Source: Aliivibrio fischeri ES114
GTDB taxonomy: Bacteria; Pseudomonadota; Gammaproteobacteria; Enterobacterales; Vibrionaceae
Assembly (NCBI RefSeq): GCF_000011805.1
Contig: NC_006841.2
Direction: 5' to 3' (one strand)
Length of the DNA: 32,000 nt
In this document: positions 27,092 through 32,000 of the stretch, in pieces
Layout of the letters: the number at the start of each line of letters is the position of its first letter
Position numbering within the stretch: the first letter of the stretch is position 1
Position numbers and translations under genes: made by a program
Notes under the pieces: model-generated
The model's input: only the letters and a program-made list of their open reading frames with translations
Told to the model about the DNA's origin: nothing
Database searches by the model: none

Positions 27092-27185
27092 ACTTACATC
27101 ACATTATTAACCAAAAGGATGTATTGCATTAGATTATAAATTCCGTACTCTGTGCCTTTACCTTTGTTGATTAAGTTGTAAGTAA

Positions 27186-27806
27186 ATGAATACGGCAATT
27201 CTTTGGGCGTTCATCCCCACTTTCTTTTTTGTATCTGTAACTCCAGGTATGTGTATGACCTTAGCACTTAGCCTTGGAATGAGTATTGGATATAAACGTA
27301 CACTTTGGATGATGATTGGAGAACTGATTGGTGTCGCACTTGTTGCTGTATCTGCCGTATTAGGCGTTGCTGCAATTATGCTGAATTATCCGTGGTTATT
27401 TACAATTTTTAAAGCCATTGGAGCGAGTTATCTAGCCTATATAGGCATACAAATGTGGCGCTCTAAGGGAAAACTCGCCATGTCAGGTGAGCAAACCGAA
27501 GTCGTGAAAGGTAAAGATTGGGATTTAGTTGTTCAGGGGTTTGTTACAGCGATTGCAAATCCGAAAGGTTGGGCATTTATGATATCTTTATTACCACCGT
27601 TTATTGATGGCAATCATGCAATTGCACCACAATTACTAGCTTTGGTCTCAATTATCTTGATGTGTGAATTTCTGTGTATGACACTTTATGCGGTTGGCGG
27701 GAAAGGGTTAAAACGTGTTCTTGGACAATCAAATAACGTCAAAATCATGAATAGAATTGCCGGTAGCTTGATGATTGGTGTTTCAGTATGGTTATTCATG
27801 AGCTAA
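27186..27806 (+). CDS. LysE/RhtB family amino acid exporter
   Basis: SVTPGMCMTLALSLGMSIGYKRTLWMMIGELIGVALVAV; NPKGWAFMISLLPPFI. Confidence 0.93.
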   Translation: MNTAILWAFIPTFFFVSVTPGMCMTLALSLGMSIGYKRTLWMMIGELIGVALVAVSAVLGVAAIMLNYPWLFTIFKAIGASYLAYIGIQMWRSKGKLAMSGEQTEVVKGKDWDLVVQGFVTAIANPKGWAFMISLLPPFIDGNHAIAPQLLALVSIILMCEFLCMTLYAVGGKGLKRVLGQSNNVKIMNRIAGSLMIGVSVWLFMS

Positions 27807-27838
27807 GTTTGATTTACACTCAATAATACAAATCGATG

Positions 27839-28018
27839 CTAGTTCTTCATCACTAGAGCTAGCATATCCAACTCTTCATCAGTAAGAATTGCATTATCTA
27901 CTCGTTCACTATCTGCCGTTTTTTCTTTCAGTTTTTGACTTACCATTGACTGAAGGTTGCGCAGTTGTTGTATACTTAAACTGTTCAATTCAATTTTTAC
28001 GCTTTCTTGATGATTCAT
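27839..28018 (-). CDS. Small hypothetical protein (59 aa)
   Basis: MNHQESVKIELNSLSIQQLRNLQSMVSQKLKEKTADSERVDNAILTDEELDMLALVMKN, helical; upstream GGGAAT RBS-like sequence. No family recognised. Confidence 0.55.
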   Translation of the reverse strand: MNHQESVKIELNSLSIQQLRNLQSMVSQKLKEKTADSERVDNAILTDEELDMLALVMKN

Positions 28019-28161
28019 AAATATTCCCATTCATTTTTCATTAATCATTGACAATATTAATAGTAGTTTCCTTTTCCCTACACATTGTCAGACAAATGTA
28101 AAAGATAAAAGTTGCAAAAATAAGTTAAACTGATCGCACTATTGTTATATGGAGGAAACAA

Positions 28162-28908
28162 ATGCGCATTCAAGTAGATACACACACCCATACTTATGCT
28201 AGTGGCCACGCATACAGTACAATAATAGAAAATGCATTTGCTGCATCGCAACTCGGTCTACCTATGTTCTGTACAACCGACCACGCCTCTTCCATGCCTG
28301 GCGCACCCCATTACTGGTTTTTTAATAACCAACGAGTTCTTCCTAGGTTTATACATAACGTTGCGATCGTTCGTGGCTGTGAAGCGAATATTTGCAATGA
28401 TGGTGAAATCGATATACCACCTTCGGTTGACTCTCATCTCGATTGGGTCATTGCTAGCTTTCATGAGCCTGTATTTCCATCTAAAGATAGCCTAGTACAC
28501 ACTCAAGCATTGATCAAAGTAATACGTTCAAATCGAGTAGATGCTCTGGGACATTTAGGAAATCCAAATTTTGATTTTGATTTTGAGGCGGTTATTGCTT
28601 GTGCAGCAGAATATAATGTTGCTATAGAACTAAATAACACCTCACTAAAAGGGGAAACTAGAATTGGAAGTATTGATCGCTGTTATGAAATAGCTAAAGT
28701 CGCAAAAAAACTAGGTGCATACGTAACAACTGGCAGTGATGCGCACTTCTGTGAGGACATTGGTAAATTTAGTAAAGTTGAACAACTTATTGATGATATT
28801 GATTTTCCACTGGATAAAGTGATTACCCATACACCTAAACAATTTTTAGACTTCTTGGCGCTTAGAGGAAGAGCTCCAATTGAAGAATTTAAAAAATTAA
28901 TGGTTTAA
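28162..28908 (+). CDS. PHP domain phosphatase/phosphoesterase, YcdX-like
   Basis: [51 protein letters not shown] motifs; ATGGAGGAAAC RBS. Confidence 0.92.
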
Positions 28909-28917
28909 ATAAATTAA

Positions 28918-28945
28918 TCAGGAAAGTGTATTAGCACTTTCCTGA
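28918..28945. terminator. Hairpin between convergent PHP and TPR genes (candidate terminator)
   Basis: TCAGGAAAGTG-TATTAG-CACTTTCCTGA, perfect 11-bp stem; T-tract weak. Confidence 0.55.
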
Positions 28946-28965
28946 CTTAAACTTAATTTAGCATA

Positions 28966-30138
28966 CTAAGAATCTTCACTCACTTTTCTTAGATTGGATA
29001 GATAATTAATCCAGCCTTTTGTTTCATTTGTACTGGTAATATCATTGGCTTTTTTCGCCTTAATTAAGCTTTCTTCGATACGATTCAACTTATAGTATGC
29101 TTTTGCTTGTGCAAGTAAAACCGCTTGTTTTTTCTTAGGGTCCCTCACTTTAGCTAATGAAGCCAAAGCCAATTGGTACTCTTTTTGTTGAAGCAATAAC
29201 TGAGCTTCTTGCCAATAATATCGTGGAGAAACTTTAGCCGCTTTCCCCCAATAAAAGATTGATTGCTGCCATTCTTTTGCTTGTTGCCAATACACAGCTT
29301 GTTCAACCAATAAATCAACATCTGTATTTGCTTTTGATAAACGCTTCAACGTAATAGCAGCTTGCTCTGGAATACCTTGCTTTGCATATAGCTGAGCTAA
29401 TAACATAATATCTTGCTCAGGCAAGGGGAAGCCTTTTCTATCTGCTAATACCAAAACACTTAATGCTTGTTTTGTTTGATGTAACTGTAAATGTGCAGTC
29501 ACAAGTTGACGCCACCATATCAATTTTTCTGGTTCAAGTACAATGAGTCGCTCTAAAGTTGGGATCACAGATTTCCATTGTTTTAATTGCACTTGAGAGC
29601 CAAATTTTAGTGATAAAGGCGTTAACGAATCTGGTTGGCGATAAGATTCATATCGCTGAATCGCTTTTAGTGTAGAGCTAAATTCCGAGAGCTGATAATG
29701 AATTTGAGCTATTCTAAGCCAGAGTTCATTTCCTTTTTCATTCTTAGGTATAGATTTAACTAACTGATAGTAATGAGGGAGTGCTTTTTTATATTGTTGA
29801 TCCATTAATAAAAGATCAGCAAGCATTCTCTCCGTTACCCATGCTTGAGTATCTTTTAGTTCTCCACTGGACACTGCGTAATCTAAATTTTTTATCGCTA
29901 ACGATTTTTGGTTATTTTCCCAATAAAAAACGCCAAGCATACGCGCAACAAACGCTTTATCATAAGCTTTCGATGTATTGACACCACCAAGCACTTCTAT
30001 TGCTTCATTTAACTTTTCTTGCTGTTGTAAGCTTTGTGCCCTTTGCACTTTATTGGCTGTATATTTACTTAATTCAGCCGAATGTACATTCACAGCCCAC
30101 GCAACTAACATGCTCATTAGTACTAATTTCTTCATCAT
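28966..30138 (-). CDS. Tetratricopeptide repeat protein of the TonB2 cluster
   Basis: TPR-like repeats and signal peptide; overlaps tonB2, matching the known Vibrio TonB2 gene order. Confidence 0.85.
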   Translation of the reverse strand: MMKKLVLMSMLVAWAVNVHSAELSKYTANKVQRAQSLQQQEKLNEAIEVLGGVNTSKAYDKAFVARMLGVFYWENNQKSLAIKNLDYAVSSGELKDTQAWVTERMLADLLLMDQQYKKALPHYYQLVKSIPKNEKGNELWLRIAQIHYQLSEFSSTLKAIQRYESYRQPDSLTPLSLKFGSQVQLKQWKSVIPTLERLIVLEPEKLIWWRQLVTAHLQLHQTKQALSVLVLADRKGFPLPEQDIMLLAQLYAKQGIPEQAAITLKRLSKANTDVDLLVEQAVYWQQAKEWQQSIFYWGKAAKVSPRYYWQEAQLLLQQKEYQLALASLAKVRDPKKKQAVLLAQAKAYYKLNRIEESLIKAKKANDITSTNETKGWINYLSNLRKVSEDS

Positions 30139-30755
30139 TCGGCTAATTTAAACTCCAATCTTACGGTTTGGTTTTGCTGAATAATCGCTTTTCCTTCGAC
30201 CAACTTAGGCTGATATTTCCACTGTTTTAACGCACGCATTGCATCACGATCAAATAGTCGTTTTGGCTTTGCTTCTTGTACAGAAATCGCAAATGGCTTC
30301 CCTGTTTCATCAATAGAGAATGACATAATCACATAACCTTCAATACGTCGTTTTAAAGCACGGCTTGGATATTTAGGCTCAACCCGATACAAAGGCATCG
30401 CTTGTTGATTTGTTTTAAAACTTCCAAATGTTGGGGCGCTAATTTTTAAACCATTTATTGCGGTATCTAATCCAGATGAAGACATAGGTGTCACAGGCAT
30501 CACTGAAGAAACTTCAGATTGAGACTGTGAAAGCTTTGCTTCTGGCGGCTGCTCTAATGGTTTAGGCTGCTCTGGTACAGAACGTTGGCGACGCTGTATC
30601 TCACTTTCCGGTTCAACCATCATCATGGTAAAGCTTAACTGTTCACTTGCCTCTGGCTTTGCTTGATTACCATTATCAACCATCCATGCCATTAAAGAAA
30701 ACAAAGCAATACTAATGGCAACAGCAATTGGCAACGCCATTAATAACCTAAACAT
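30135..30755 (-). CDS. tonB2: Energy transducer TonB2
   Basis: N-terminal TM, C-terminal PLYRVEPKYPSRALKRRIEGYVIMSFSIDETGKP...ALKQWKYQPKLVEGK. Confidence 0.93.
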   Translation of the reverse strand: MFRLLMALPIAVAISIALFSLMAWMVDNGNQAKPEASEQLSFTMMMVEPESEIQRRQRSVPEQPKPLEQPPEAKLSQSQSEVSSVMPVTPMSSSGLDTAINGLKISAPTFGSFKTNQQAMPLYRVEPKYPSRALKRRIEGYVIMSFSIDETGKPFAISVQEAKPKRLFDRDAMRALKQWKYQPKLVEGKAIIQQNQTVRLEFKLAE

Positions 30756-31159
30756 TATCGCTTCTCCGCTGCTAATGCGATTTGCTTAACACCAGCACCT
30801 TTTGCAGCATCCATTACTTTTACAACCGTTCCGTTATAAGCATGTTCGTCAGCTTGAATCACTAATGAGGCTTCAGGTTGCTCTAATAGCAAATGCTCAA
30901 GAGTGGCTTGCACACGCTCTACGTCTACTACTCTCTTATCGATATAAATGTCATTTGATGAATTAATCGCAACAAATATGCCTGCGTCTTTCTGGCTAAC
31001 CACATTCGATGCTTCTGGTCGATTTACCTCAACCCCTGATTCACGTACAAACGAACTGGTTACAATGAAAAAGATCAACATAATAAATACGATATCCAAC
31101 ATGGAAGTAAGATCGATTTGTGCTTCTTCTGTTTTTGTATCACGTCTTCCGAGTCTCAT
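30755..31159 (-). CDS. exbD2: Biopolymer transporter ExbD2
   Basis: EEAQIDLTSMLDIVFIMLIFFIVTSSFVRESGVEVNRP. Confidence 0.94.
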   Translation of the reverse strand: MRLGRRDTKTEEAQIDLTSMLDIVFIMLIFFIVTSSFVRESGVEVNRPEASNVVSQKDAGIFVAINSSNDIYIDKRVVDVERVQATLEHLLLEQPEASLVIQADEHAYNGTVVKVMDAAKGAGVKQIALAAEKR

Positions 31160-31689
31160 TTCGGACTCCTTAATGATTTTTCAAGTTTTAATTCACGTAA
31201 ACGGCAGGTCTTTGAAAGTCGAGCGTGAACAAATAAGCCAGCTAGTGCTGCAACCATTCCAGCCATTGTAGGCAATGTCGCTAAAGAAATACCCGATGCC
31301 ATTAGCTTAGGCTGGCTACTGCCTAATGTTGCCATCACATCAAACACGGAAATCATTCCTGTTACTGTGCCTAATAATCCAAGCATTGGGCAAATTGACA
31401 CTAACCATTTAATAAAATTCAAATGCTGATTAAGTTCTATATGCGCTTGATTTAGCCAACTATCTCGAATTGCATGGGCATGCCAAGAATCATGCTCTTC
31501 ACGTTGATGCCATTGCGAGATCCATAATTGACGTCGCTTTGGAAAGTAAAAAAACAAGTAAATTACCCGCTCACCAACAAACAACCAACATACAATTACA
31601 ACAGCAGCAAGCCACCACAGAATGTGTCCGCCCTGCTCCATAAACTGCATTAAGGTATCAAGCCAATTATGTAGCCATGACACTGCCAT
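31156..31689 (-). CDS. exbB2: MotA/TolQ/ExbB proton channel family protein ExbB2
   Basis: WLVSICPMLGLLGTVTGMISVFDVMATLGSSQPKLMASGISLATLPTMAGMVAALAGLF. Confidence 0.93.
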   Translation of the reverse strand: MAVSWLHNWLDTLMQFMEQGGHILWWLAAVVIVCWLFVGERVIYLFFYFPKRRQLWISQWHQREEHDSWHAHAIRDSWLNQAHIELNQHLNFIKWLVSICPMLGLLGTVTGMISVFDVMATLGSSQPKLMASGISLATLPTMAGMVAALAGLFVHARLSKTCRLRELKLEKSLRSPK

Positions 31690-32000
31690 TAGATCTCATT
31701 TCCTACAGTCGATTTTGCTTGTTGTTTTTCAGCTTGAATCGCCACTAAACCAATACCTTGTTTTTCTAAAATACTACGAACATTTTCAGCTTGAGTACTT
31801 AAGATATTGTGTGCAAATAGTAATGGCATTGCTGCGACTAAACCAAGAACAGTAGTAACAAGTGCCATGGATATTCCCCCAGCCATCACTTTAGGGTCAC
31901 CATTACCAAACTGAGTAATCACTTGGAAAGTTTCAATCATGCCTGTTACGGTTCCTAATAGCCCTAACATCGGTGCTAGTGCAGCAAGTAGCTTGAGCAT
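31689..32000 (-). CDS. ttpC: TtpC-type large ExbB-like protein (partial; N-terminal part continues off the right edge)
   Basis: LAPMLGLLGTVTGMIETFQVITQFGNGDPKVMAGGISMALVTTVLGLVAAMPLLFAHN, second ExbB-like domain directly upstream of exbB2, as in Vibrio TonB2 loci. Confidence 0.85.
   Translation of the reverse strand: MLKLLAALAPMLGLLGTVTGMIETFQVITQFGNGDPKVMAGGISMALVTTVLGLVAAMPLLFAHNILSTQAENVRSILEKQGIGLVAIQAEKQQAKSTVGNEI

Noticed and set aside
28131-28155. TGATC upstream of the PHP gene
   Set aside because: The position 17 nt downstream is AGGA, part of the RBS, not a -10-like CGTA.
1-32000. Mobile elements, CRISPR arrays, retrons, toxin-antitoxin or phage-defence modules
   Set aside because: No transposase/integrase/reverse transcriptase ORFs, no regularly spaced direct repeats, no tRNA or att-like boundaries; the gene content looks like conserved core chromosome.

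Overview
This is a gene-dense chromosomal window that looks like Vibrionaceae (Aliivibrio-like, inferred from gene content and protein similarity). It has no sign of phage, IS elements, CRISPR or RNA genes. From left to right it contains: the start of a divergent membrane-fusion-type gene and a LysR regulator; the biotin locus bioA/bioBFCD with a candidate BirA operator; a GNAT acetyltransferase and tyrR with a candidate TyrR box; a DUF523-DUF1722 (RudS/YbgA-like) gene with phrB, followed by a PhoD-like phosphatase; a ChaN-like lipoprotein behind two Fur-box-like sequences; a ten-gene leftward rpoE(ECF)-chrR cluster (NTF2-like, SDR, FAD amine oxidase, DUF1365, Cfa, DUF2878, chalcone-isomerase-like, DUF3833); a c-type cytochrome; a class V aminotransferase paired with a 2OG-Fe dioxygenase; a Bcr/CflA MFS transporter divergent from a LysR; a LysE/RhtB exporter; a PHP phosphatase; and the distal part of a TonB2 system (TPR, tonB2, exbD2, exbB2, ttpC partial). 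The strongest observation is a shared motif, TGATC-N17-CGT(A/T). It occurs at three matching sites: before rpoE, before the post-chrR genes (inside a region the ORF caller treats as coding), and before the DUF523-DUF1722/phrB operon. Its upstream element at the second site is embedded in a perfect 16-bp inverted repeat after chrR. Together these suggest a photooxidative-stress (singlet oxygen) regulon combining DNA photorepair, possible tRNA 4-thiouridine demodification and membrane lipid modification.
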